Shown here: in pieces, positions 52,088-60,954 of the stretch
Numbering within the stretch: the first letter of the stretch is position 1
How the letters are laid out: the number at the start of each line of letters is the position of its first letter
Assembly (NCBI GenBank): GCA_965248755.1
Contig: OZ252149.1
Location: forward strand, 2,080,001-2,144,000
Length of the DNA stretch: 64,000 nucleotides
DNA from: Candidatus Latescibacterota bacterium
Lineage (GTDB): Bacteria; Latescibacterota; CBDEFO01
Direction of reading: 5' to 3'
Made by a program: the position numbers and the translations under genes
The notes under the pieces: generated by a model
The model's database searches: none
The model's input: only the letters and a program-made list of their open reading frames with translations
Told to the model about the DNA's origin: nothing

Positions 52088-54406
52088 ATGACTATGAAGA
52101 GTGTCTGGATGGGGATGTTGATTCTGGGCCTGTCCCCGAATGACTTTATCGGGGATCTGGCCTGTGCTGCTGCCGCCGACAATGACGGGAACCTGCTTGT
52201 AAACAGCGATTTCAGCCAGGGCAAACCCAGCGACAGCGACTTCGGATGGAAGCTGGAGATAGCCAAGGACCAGAAGAGCGAGTGCACGGTGGAGACTGTC
52301 AGGCAGCCGGCAGAAGTTGTAGGCACCTCCTACAGACCGGTACTGCCAGGCCAGCGGCCGGGCGCTACAGCCATTCGCATCTACCACGACGAGTTGGGCG
52401 CCTCCCGCATCAGTCAGGAGATCGAGGTTCAGCCCTGGCGCTGGTACGTTGCCGAGATCTGGGTGAACACGGAGGGTATGGCCACCTTTGACTTCTCCCC
52501 CACCATCGCCCTGGAGGGCGGCCGCAGCATTGCCGGTGAGAGCTTTATCTACGATTCCTTCGACTGGCCCCAGAAAGGGTGGCGCCCTCTTCACGTGATC
52601 GCCCATTCGGCGGATCAGGATCGCATAACCCTGACGATGGGTGGGGGCGGGCACACAGTGCGAGTCGGCGGCGGATGGAGCGGGGAGCTGCTCTTTTCGG
52701 CGCCGTCGGTCCGTGAGGTCAGCCTCGTCGAGGCCGCTGGGTACTACCCGTCGGTTAGTAATCGCCACCCCTTCGCGTATAGTCCGCCCATCAACCCGGA
52801 GCGCAATGAGCACGGGTATGCCCTCCAGAAAGGAGATCTCTGCCGCGTGGCCAAAGGGTTCCCGAATCCCCTGTACATCACCGACGGGATGAATACGGAG
52901 GCGCCGGAGGGGCGAGTTTCGTTAGCCCTTCCGCCCGGCATGCGCTTCCGAAAGCACCAGAACAGAAAAATCACCCCGAGCGTCAGCCAGATGTCAAATG
53001 GATTCCAGCGCGTCGAGCTGCCGGCGGGAGGCAACAATTTGGTGGTCGACAGCGAACTCGCCCCCGGCGAGGACGCAGTGGGATACATCCAGTTCGAGTG
53101 GAAGGGCGGGTATCAGCTCCCGACTCCTGTGCGGTTCAAGGGCATCGCGATGCCGGATGTCGCCGCGCCCAAGCGCGCCATGATGACCCTCGGCATTGGC
53201 GGTGGGACGGTCTATAACTGGGACGACAACCAACCGGCCATGGTCCGTGACCTCAAGCGTTTCGGGTTCAACCACCTTGAGACGTGGGGCGGTGACCCTC
53301 GCGGGTTCTACAAGAACGGCATTTACGGCGTTACCGCCTGGGGCGGCGGACCTCGCGTCATGGAGAAGAACCCCGAGGCCCTGGCAGTCACGTTGGACGG
53401 GAATCCCACCAAGGAGGACCTGATATCCCCTTCATACCGGGGCCCCGCCTTGCAGCCCTTTATCGACCGTATCAAGCACACGGCCACGAGGTCGTCGGCC
53501 CTGACTCTCAACGACGAGAACTACCTCGCCTCGGCCAAGAGCGCCGCCATCGGTTTTCACCCCCGCACCATCGAGCGCTGGAAGGAGTGGGTAGCCGGGC
53601 ACGAGCCGGAGCTAACGGGCGTTGACCCCAGCGTGTTCGCCAGACGGCCGCACAAGTACCGCAAGCATTACGATGCATGGCTGCGATTCCGCTCTGACCT
53701 GGTGGCCGAAATGTACGGGATCATGCGGGATGTATTCCACAAGGCCGTCGAAGAGAGCGGCGTGAAGACGACGGAGCGGACGATGCTCGGAGCCTACATC
53801 GGGGGCGGGCCGCTCCACGGCCTGCACGCGAACAAATCACTAGCGCCCGTGCTGGACTACGTCGCGAACATGGTCTATGAGGACGGCTACGGCGTGCGCA
53901 AGACAGTCGCCCGGCTTGCACCGCTGACGGGTAAGAAGCTCGTGATCGCGATTTCCCCCGGGTACCAGTGGAGCCCGCCGGGCGACGCCCGGTCTCAGGT
54001 GCTCGAAGCCCTCATGGGCGGCTCGCAGGGCGTGATTGCCTGGGGATACTACATGGGAGCGACCACCGGTCACCTGGCGGATATGTCCGAGGCGATCAAG
54101 ATGTTTGCCCCCGTTGAGGACATCATTCTAGACGGCGGGATTCAGGCTGGATACGCCGCTGACACTGAATCGGCGAATCTGCTGGCAAGGAAACAGGGTG
54201 ACGAAACTGTGTTACTTGTCTCGGACTACACACCTGGAGGTGCGCGGGCTAAGGTAACGGTACCGGGGCAGGCCAGTCTGGAGGTGGTTGATCTTTTCAC
54301 CGATGAGGTCGTGGCTCGTCTGGATGCGAGAAAACGGACTTTTGACGTCAAACTCAGACGTGACTTTCAAGCACGTCTCTACCACCTGCGGCCGGCAGGC
54401 TTATAG
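52088..54406 (+). CDS. Array paralog D
   Basis: Same family; C-terminal ~110 aa nearly identical to paralog B. Confidence 0.75.
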   Translation: MTMKSVWMGMLILGLSPNDFIGDLACAAAADNDGNLLVNSDFSQGKPSDSDFGWKLEIAKDQKSECTVETVRQPAEVVGTSYRPVLPGQRPGATAIRIYHDELGASRISQEIEVQPWRWYVAEIWVNTEGMATFDFSPTIALEGGRSIAGESFIYDSFDWPQKGWRPLHVIAHSADQDRITLTMGGGGHTVRVGGGWSGELLFSAPSVREVSLVEAAGYYPSVSNRHPFAYSPPINPERNEHGYALQKGDLCRVAKGFPNPLYITDGMNTEAPEGRVSLALPPGMRFRKHQNRKITPSVSQMSNGFQRVELPAGGNNLVVDSELAPGEDAVGYIQFEWKGGYQLPTPVRFKGIAMPDVAAPKRAMMTLGIGGGTVYNWDDNQPAMVRDLKRFGFNHLETWGGDPRGFYKNGIYGVTAWGGGPRVMEKNPEALAVTLDGNPTKEDLISPSYRGPALQPFIDRIKHTATRSSALTLNDENYLASAKSAAIGFHPRTIERWKEWVAGHEPELTGVDPSVFARRPHKYRKHYDAWLRFRSDLVAEMYGIMRDVFHKAVEESGVKTTERTMLGAYIGGGPLHGLHANKSLAPVLDYVANMVYEDGYGVRKTVARLAPLTGKKLVIAISPGYQWSPPGDARSQVLEALMGGSQGVIAWGYYMGATTGHLADMSEAIKMFAPVEDIILDGGIQAGYAADTESANLLARKQGDETVLLVSDYTPGGARAKVTVPGQASLEVVDLFTDEVVARLDARKRTFDVKLRRDFQARLYHLRPAGL
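52129..52155. mobile_element. 27-bp element in frame inside the signal peptide
   Basis: cctgtccccgaatgactttatcgggga; encodes LSPNDFIGD. Confidence 0.85.
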
Positions 54407-54498
54407 TTTTGGGGATGAAATCTAGCGTACCGTGCGTGTATTTTCGTAGCCGGACTGTCCTGAGTCCGGAATTTTGGGCTGATTGAAGGGAGGTCTCT

Positions 54499-55133
54499 AT
54501 GAACATCGACGGGGCCGCGACGCTCGGGTTTTCGGCCTTCGACTTCGAAACGATGGTATCTTGAGACAGCTCGTGAATTGGACGTGACGGTCGTCACGTG
54601 GCCCACGGCTCGCCGCGCATTTGGCGATAAGTGGGCACGACAAATGCACCCGGCGTGCGAGACATACCGCGCCATCGCCAACATTGCGCAGCAGTTCGAC
54701 ATCAGCTTGCATCTGGAGGTGCCGCACCTCTTTCAGATAATTGAGACGGTCGAACATGTGTCGGAACTCTTCGACCAGATCGATCACCCGGCGGTGGGCG
54801 CGACTGTGGATTGCAGCCATTGGGGCATCATCGGCTAGGACCTGGATGCGTTTTTCCAAATGCTCGGGGCCCCGTCTGCGTCACGTGCACCTGCGTGACA
54901 GCACCGGCCCGGATACCAAGGATGGCAAACAGCAGCTCGAGAGGACTCCAGGACAGGGCGTCGTTGACTTCACGCATTTTCGAGAAGCGCTCCAACGAGC
55001 CGGCTATAATGGGAACGTCACGCTCGACTTCGAATACCGCGGCGCCGATCTGGAACAGATAAGAAACGAATACCGGGAAGGCTTGCGCGTGCTGAGTGAA
55101 CACGGTTGGGATTTCGATCCGCACGGACATTAA
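54499..55133 (+). pseudogene. Sugar phosphate isomerase/epimerase (AP-endonuclease-2 TIM barrel) remnant
   Basis: LHLEVPH...VGATVDCSHW..G*, frameshift, then HVHLRDS..PGQGVVDF...GYNGNVTLDFE. Confidence 0.75.
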
Positions 55134-55235
55134 CCAATACAGCAGGATAGCCGCTGATTCTCGCCGAGTCGGCGGCCACACTGGGGCTCGTGGGGATTCA
55201 CGAGTTCGAGGAGAAAACCTCGGGAGGGACGACAC

Positions 55236-56801
55236 ATGAGCTACCTGGACAGCGTCGCACTTGGGATTGGAAACTTCACGCAGCTGTTTCTGGATAACGC
55301 GATCGTGGAGGCTTCGCAGGAGCTGACCAAGACCTTCCATGAGCCGCGCAAGGAGGAATCGCGGAACCCGCTCCTGAAGAAGGACAGGCCGTGGGAGCAC
55401 GTTCCTTACTTTACGTGCAGCAACCACGTGGTGAGGAGAGACTCCCGCAGTGGCCTCTTCAAGTGCTGGTACGAGGATCTGATTGACCACAGCCATGAGC
55501 ACCCGAAGTGGCTGATCGCGGCGCGGCAGTGCTACGCCGAAAGTGAGGACGGCCTGGAGTGGACGAAGCCGCAACTGGACGTGGTCGAGGAGGACGGCCG
55601 CCGGACGAACATAGTTCTGGGGGGGAGCAATGGGCTCGAGCAAGTCCACTCGTGCAACGTGATCGAGGACCCCAATCCTATAGATGATTCGCAACGATAC
55701 CGGGCCCTCTTCTCCCACTACCCCCCGTACTCGGGGGAGATGCGGGCGGCGCACTCGCCGGACGGGATCCACTGGGAAGTCGAGGAAGACCTCCCGGTGT
55801 TCGGCAGCCTCGGCCAGAGGCTGGGAGATGTCTGCACTCTGCACTACGACCGGTTCAGCCGCAACTTCGTGGTCGTCACCCGTCACTGGTTACAATGCGC
55901 TCCCCCTCTGAATCCGCGGAACCCGGTGGGCCCGACGAATCCCGGGCCGCGGTACCCGCACGATTTCTCGAAGCAGAACCGGCGGCGTATCTGGCAGTCC
56001 GAGAGCCCGGATATGCTCCACTGGGGCGAGCCGTACCTGCTGCTCCGGCCGGACGATGAGGAGGACAATATCGATGACGGGTTCTACGGAATGACGCAGT
56101 ATGAGCTGGGAAACCTGTACGTGGGTTTCCTGAATGTCCTTCATAGGGTCGCCAACAAGATGGACGTGCAGCTCGTTTTCAGCCGGGACCGCAAGAGATG
56201 GCAGCGGCTCAACAAACGACAGCCCTGGCTGACCTTCGGCCAGCCGGACGCCTGGGACCAGGGGATGGTGACGATCTGCTCGCCGCCGATCGATGCGGGC
56301 GACGAACTGCTTATCTACTACGGGGGATGCTTCTGCCATCACGACTACTGGATGTGGGGACCGCGTGAGGGAATGAACCACCCCGAGATCGAGGATCCCG
56401 GGCTGGTTCGGTTCGGTCTCGGGGTGGCGCGCCTCCGGAAGGACGGGTTTGTCTCGTTCGACGCCGGGCCGGTGCGCGAAGGACTCCTCGTGACGAGGCC
56501 GTTACTGTCCGATGGGGAGGCGCTTGACATCAACGCTCGTTGCCGCAAGGACGGCTACATCAAGGTGGAGGTAGTCGACCATGGGGACGACCAACTTCCG
56601 GGGCGCGGCCGAGAGGACTGCGACGTCTTCACCGGTGACAGCACGTGTCACCGGGTTACCTGGGAGGGAGACGGCACGATTCCTGTCGCTCTCCCGGACT
56701 TCGGCGGGGATACAGTGTTCCCGTGGAAGAAGCAGAAGCCCTTTCGCAAACTCCGCTTCTTCATGAAGAACGCCGAACTCTACTCGTTCCGGATGGCGTA
56801 G
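55236..56801 (+). CDS. Glycoside hydrolase-like beta-propeller protein (GH32/43/130-like clan)
   Basis: QLFLDN, YAESEDGLEWTKP, HSPDGIHW, FSRD..RW, IYYGG, GVARLRKDGFVS. Confidence 0.7.
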   Translation: MSYLDSVALGIGNFTQLFLDNAIVEASQELTKTFHEPRKEESRNPLLKKDRPWEHVPYFTCSNHVVRRDSRSGLFKCWYEDLIDHSHEHPKWLIAARQCYAESEDGLEWTKPQLDVVEEDGRRTNIVLGGSNGLEQVHSCNVIEDPNPIDDSQRYRALFSHYPPYSGEMRAAHSPDGIHWEVEEDLPVFGSLGQRLGDVCTLHYDRFSRNFVVVTRHWLQCAPPLNPRNPVGPTNPGPRYPHDFSKQNRRRIWQSESPDMLHWGEPYLLLRPDDEEDNIDDGFYGMTQYELGNLYVGFLNVLHRVANKMDVQLVFSRDRKRWQRLNKRQPWLTFGQPDAWDQGMVTICSPPIDAGDELLIYYGGCFCHHDYWMWGPREGMNHPEIEDPGLVRFGLGVARLRKDGFVSFDAGPVREGLLVTRPLLSDGEALDINARCRKDGYIKVEVVDHGDDQLPGRGREDCDVFTGDSTCHRVTWEGDGTIPVALPDFGGDTVFPWKKQKPFRKLRFFMKNAELYSFRMA

Positions 56802-57002
56802 TCACGGTATTCGTCCACCACAGGGCATCGGAATCAGGCTGATGATCGATGGGGCGACAGATCCAGATTCCAGTGAGTTCAACGTCGTCAGCCGGATGTA
56901 GGAGGCATGAGATGAGAAGTCATGGAATTCCGGCGGCTACGCCGATCGCGGCTGTGTTGCTGGGGCCGTCGCTCGAAGACGAAGCGCGCGCCGAGGACCC
57001 GG

Positions 57003-57085
57003 AGGCACCGAGAGTCTCGTCGCTTTTGTCGCATCCCGATGCATACGTGCGTCTGGGCGCAACGTATGCCCTCACCTGCATGAAG
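57003..57085 (+). repeat. Diverged copy of a HEAT-repeat segment of the downstream gene (59088-59170)
   Basis: APRVSSLLSHPDAYVRLGATYAL versus APRVSSLLSHTDAYVRLGATFTL. Confidence 0.75.
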
Positions 57086-57229
57086 CGTCCGCCAAGATGG
57101 CGATGCAAACGGCTACATGTCCGATAATCGGGTGGACATTGGAATAAAGGGCCCTAATCTGGAAAAGAGAATTGGCCGGTCGCAGCATGCGGACAAAGCG
57201 GCTCTTAACTCGCCGGAAGGAGATGGAAT

Positions 57230-59896
57230 ATGAAAAAACGGAGCATCGTTGCCTGTACAGCGCTGGCCGTTGGATTAACGGCCTGCAATGTCAGCGGAGA
57301 GGGGGAAGCTAACATGCAGGATAATTCAGATGCACCCATAGAGTGGACGAAACTGGATAGAGACAAGGGCTACGTTGTCTTTAATTACAGCACGCTGAAG
57401 AACCTGCCGCCTTCCCACGTGCCCACTCCGGACGACGTTGCCAAGAAGATTTCGTGCGCGTTAGCCAGGGATGAGTACGAGTCGATTCAGTTCGGCGTGC
57501 ACGCGATCTCAGACGGAGTGAAGGATGTCCGGATCGAGGTGGAATCGGACCTCGAGGTAACCGTTTATCATCGCATCGAACCCGGCGTTAAAGAGAAGCT
57601 AGTCAAAACGGACATGTCGTGGCTGAGCTCGGTGCCCGCTGAAATATATCTGCAACGAGGTGAGGTGGTAGCGGATCTTCCCAGGGGCAGCAGCGTCAAT
57701 TTCTGGCTGACGTTCCGTGCGGATCGCGAGGCGTCCCAGGGTTTACACAAGGGCCAGGTACGGATCCAGCCCGCGAACAAGCCAGCTACTATCCTGGAAC
57801 TGGAGCTTGAAGTCAGGCCCTTCGAACTGGCTCCGGCGCGAATCCCCTTCGGCATGTACTATCGGGAGGACATGCTGCTGGAGCGCTTTGGCGGCTGGGC
57901 GGTGAGCGAGCAACTGGAGCTGGAGCTCTACCGGGACATGACGACGCACAGCCAGAATTCGGTGCACTTCTACATGGCCGGGGACTTCGCGGAATTGCCG
58001 CCTCGAGCCTGGAAGAAAATGGTGCCGCTGGAGAAACGCGTCTCGCTGGCGGCTGAAGCGGGGCTCGTCCACCAGGACATCCCCTGCGTCATCGCCCAAC
58101 ACAATATCGCGGATTGTTGTCTTTCCGAGGAGCAAAAGGCAGCAGCGGCAGACTGGCTGCAAAGACAGCACAGGGAGCACGGGTGGCCGGAGATTCTGAT
58201 CTACGGCTGGGATGAACCACCTTATCCGGCGCCCGGGCTGCGGGAGAGCTACGCTCCCCTTCGCACGCTGCCCATCCGCCTGACGACGGCCATCAGTGCG
58301 GAGGCGGCGTACCCCTATGGCGACGTATTCGACGTGTGGATCGTACTTGGGGGGGAGGTGACGCCAGAGATGCGGGCCGAGGCGTCGCGCCGCGGGGCGC
58401 AGGTATGGACGTATTCGTTTCGCATACTGAGAGAAGGTTTCAAGCCGCTTCGTCAGCGTTACTATGCTGGGCTATACACCTGGGCTCACCGGCTCGGAGG
58501 TAATTACGTCTGGGCTTACTCACACGGACATCACGGTCACGTCTGGTGGGAACCCGAAAGCACCGAGCCCCTGCCTATCACCGGTTGGGAGGCGCGTCGC
58601 GAGGGAGTTGACGATTTCCGCTACCTTCAGATGGTGGAGGACGCCGTGGCGGCGATGCCCGCCGGGGTGACCGCCATAGAGGCGGCTGCGTGGTTGGAGT
58701 CTCTCCGGGCTCGCCTCCTTGGCTTTGATCCGCACGATGCGGAGCCCGGCAAGCCTCTGGAGATCGAAGAATATGAGGAGATTCGTGCCAGGGCTTCCGA
58801 CTATATCCATAGGCTGGGTCCTGTGCCGGCGGGCGCGGTACAGCCTGCCCCCGTTACCTATGTAAGGGACGAGGCAGCCCCCTTCCGCAACAGGTCTGTA
58901 AAGGAGTGCATTGCGGGGTTGCGTAGTTCCCAGGCCTCCGAGCGTCGAAGTGCTGCCTGGGCGCTCTTTGAAATGGGGCCGGAGGCAGCCCCGGCGGTGG
59001 ATGCCCTGGAAGAGGTGCTTGAGGATCCGGAAGTTCGCATTCCCGCTCTGCGAGCTCTTGAGGGGATCGGCCCGGATGCGTACTCAGCGGCGCCGAGAGT
59101 TTCGTCGCTTCTGTCGCATACCGATGCCTACGTGCGTCTGGGAGCAACCTTCACCCTCAGCAAAATGGCGCGACCGCAAAGCTGGAATGAAGAAGTCAAA
59201 GGCTACCTGCCGGATGACGGGGCGCTCTCGGCTCGCGCTCTCGTGGCACCGCTGCGCCAGGCGCTGCGCGACAGGGACGAGGCGGTCGTGACGTTGGCCG
59301 CGCTCGGGCTGTTCCTCTGCGGCGAGGCCGCGGCACCCGCGCTGCCTGACGCGTTGGCTCTGCTGGGAACCCACTATGATGGTCCTTTCCCTCTTTACCT
59401 CCGTAAGGCGGTCGGCTTGCAGGTGCTATCGGGCATGGGTCCGGGGGCTGCGAGTGCTGTTCCCACCCTCGCGAAGGCGTACGAAGAATCCGAAGGCAAT
59501 GAGAATCTGATCGCCCGCGCGCTGGCGGCGATAGGGCCGGCGGCCTCTGAGGCCGTCCCGGTCCTGGAGAAGTATCGAACGCCGGAAAACCGGTTCCTGG
59601 CCGACGTCTGCTACGCCCTCTACTGCATTCGTGGGGGCGAGTCGGAGCTCGTGACCCTGGCGGAGCTCGTGGGAGATGATACACGGCCAAGGGGCTACGC
59701 GGGGAGGAGTGGGGAGTGGCAGGATGCTGCCAGATTCCTCTCGGCCCTGGGTGGGGAGGCCGCGTCGGTCGTCCCCTTGGTCAGGGAACGCCTCCCACTT
59801 CTAGATACCGAGCCTACGCTAAGGCGCTACATCGAGGAGGTTTTCTTCAAGAGAGTGGAGGAAGGGGCGCCACCTCTCAGATTGCTGTTGCGGTGA
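57230..59896 (+). CDS. Lipoprotein: GH123/DUF4091-like domain + C-terminal HEAT repeats
   Basis: Lipobox LTAC; ARDEYESIQF, YGWDEP, WEARREGVDDFRYL; repeated ALxxIGPxAxxAVPxL. Confidence 0.72.
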   Translation: MKKRSIVACTALAVGLTACNVSGEGEANMQDNSDAPIEWTKLDRDKGYVVFNYSTLKNLPPSHVPTPDDVAKKISCALARDEYESIQFGVHAISDGVKDVRIEVESDLEVTVYHRIEPGVKEKLVKTDMSWLSSVPAEIYLQRGEVVADLPRGSSVNFWLTFRADREASQGLHKGQVRIQPANKPATILELELEVRPFELAPARIPFGMYYREDMLLERFGGWAVSEQLELELYRDMTTHSQNSVHFYMAGDFAELPPRAWKKMVPLEKRVSLAAEAGLVHQDIPCVIAQHNIADCCLSEEQKAAAADWLQRQHREHGWPEILIYGWDEPPYPAPGLRESYAPLRTLPIRLTTAISAEAAYPYGDVFDVWIVLGGEVTPEMRAEASRRGAQVWTYSFRILREGFKPLRQRYYAGLYTWAHRLGGNYVWAYSHGHHGHVWWEPESTEPLPITGWEARREGVDDFRYLQMVEDAVAAMPAGVTAIEAAAWLESLRARLLGFDPHDAEPGKPLEIEEYEEIRARASDYIHRLGPVPAGAVQPAPVTYVRDEAAPFRNRSVKECIAGLRSSQASERRSAAWALFEMGPEAAPAVDALEEVLEDPEVRIPALRALEGIGPDAYSAAPRVSSLLSHTDAYVRLGATFTLSKMARPQSWNEEVKGYLPDDGALSARALVAPLRQALRDRDEAVVTLAALGLFLCGEAAAPALPDALALLGTHYDGPFPLYLRKAVGLQVLSGMGPGAASAVPTLAKAYEESEGNENLIARALAAIGPAASEAVPVLEKYRTPENRFLADVCYALYCIRGGESELVTLAELVGDDTRPRGYAGRSGEWQDAARFLSALGGEAASVVPLVRERLPLLDTEPTLRRYIEEVFFKRVEEGAPPLRLLLR

Positions 59897-60665
59897 AGCA
59901 AGAGAACTTGCATGCGGCAGTCGAAGCGTCCTGAGTGTGGTGATGGGCAGCTGGCAGACCTACGCCTTTGAGGTAGCGGCGCATGCAGGCCGGGAAGACA
60001 GCAACGTTGATGGCGAGGAAGTGTCGTTGAAAACGTGGCTCATGCGGCATATTGACGAGAATCGTAGCTGCCGACCTCGCGATCTCTGACTCTACCTTCA
60101 GTGGATCTCTAAACGTACTTGCTTGAACACTACCGATTGGAAACTGATTACGTCCCCCTTGATGAGGCGAACGATTAGCATGTTTAGTGCCTCTGCAAGG
60201 GTGGGCCAGATACTTCAAACTGAATGAGTGCCCGACACGGCCTCGCCCGATATCGTATTGTGATACACCTTCTCTGCAAAGAGCTGATAGCCCCAACTGT
60301 ACCTGAATATGCGACGGGACTCCAAACGGACCGCGTCCCAGTTGAACTGACATCTGCCTCACCCTCGTCCCCCAGGTTGTCAAATCCCAAGCTGAGGATG
60401 CCCCGTTCTAGGAATCCCTCGCCCCTTTCCTCCTCTACCTTGTGGGTGATGTCCAGACCTAAGACCGAACCGGCGCGGGATGACGTCTCCTCCATGAACA
60501 CCGGAAGGGAATCACATACCTGAACGCCCGTTATGAGCGTTCTTCGACCTAACCCGGTCGGCGTGGTCTAGGTTGTAACGAATGTTGAGGAGGGAAAAAC
60601 CTATCCTGATCAACGAACTCACCCCGCACCCACTTCCCAGATACTCCTCGTCAATTGCCGAAAAC

Positions 60666-60695
60666 TCACTGGTTCAAATCAAGTACTGCCCACCA
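60666..60695 (+). other. tRNA 3'-end fragment (att-like scar)
   Basis: tcactggttcaaatcaagtactgcccacca: T-arm plus acceptor strand and CCA, with no 5' half. Confidence 0.6.
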
Positions 60696-60859
60696 CAAAA
60701 AAACAACGGGCTACGATGATTGGTTCCTATCCCGTTTTTTGCCTGGCGCCCAAGCTGTACGCAACATCGGGACTTTGACTTCAGCTACAAACTCAGTGAC
60801 TTAATTCAGTGATTTAATTATGAACAAAGCCTTTCCGAATCATAGATACAAAGATTTAC

Positions 60860-60888
60860 TTGACTTTAGGACAACTTTTTTGTAACTT
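60860..60888 (+). promoter_or_regulatory. Sigma70-like promoter
   Basis: TTGACT-17 bp-TAACTT; AGGAGG RBS before 60955. Confidence 0.45.
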
Positions 60889-60954
60889 ATACTCAAAGTT
60901 ACAATATGTGTGCTGTAATTTGATAACGTCGATGACTTTAGGAGGCGATTTGGT

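Noticed and set aside
44998..52155. CRISPR array from the 27-bp palindromic repeats
   Set aside because: Spacing is irregular (about 80 bp to several kb), intervening sequences are homologous rather than unique, some copies are in CDS, and no cas genes are present.
54828..55886. 352-aa antisense ORF and similar overlapping ORFs
   Set aside because: Shadow frames of GC-rich genes with no recognisable motifs.
57003..59170. DGR template/variable repeat pair
   Set aside because: Mismatches involve all four bases rather than being adenine-specific, and no reverse transcriptase is in the window.
59900..60560. Possible P-loop ATPase remnant (RPRDL) and attC-like ACCTAAC near 60547
   Set aside because: Fragmented by stops and lacks a convincing attC arm pairing.
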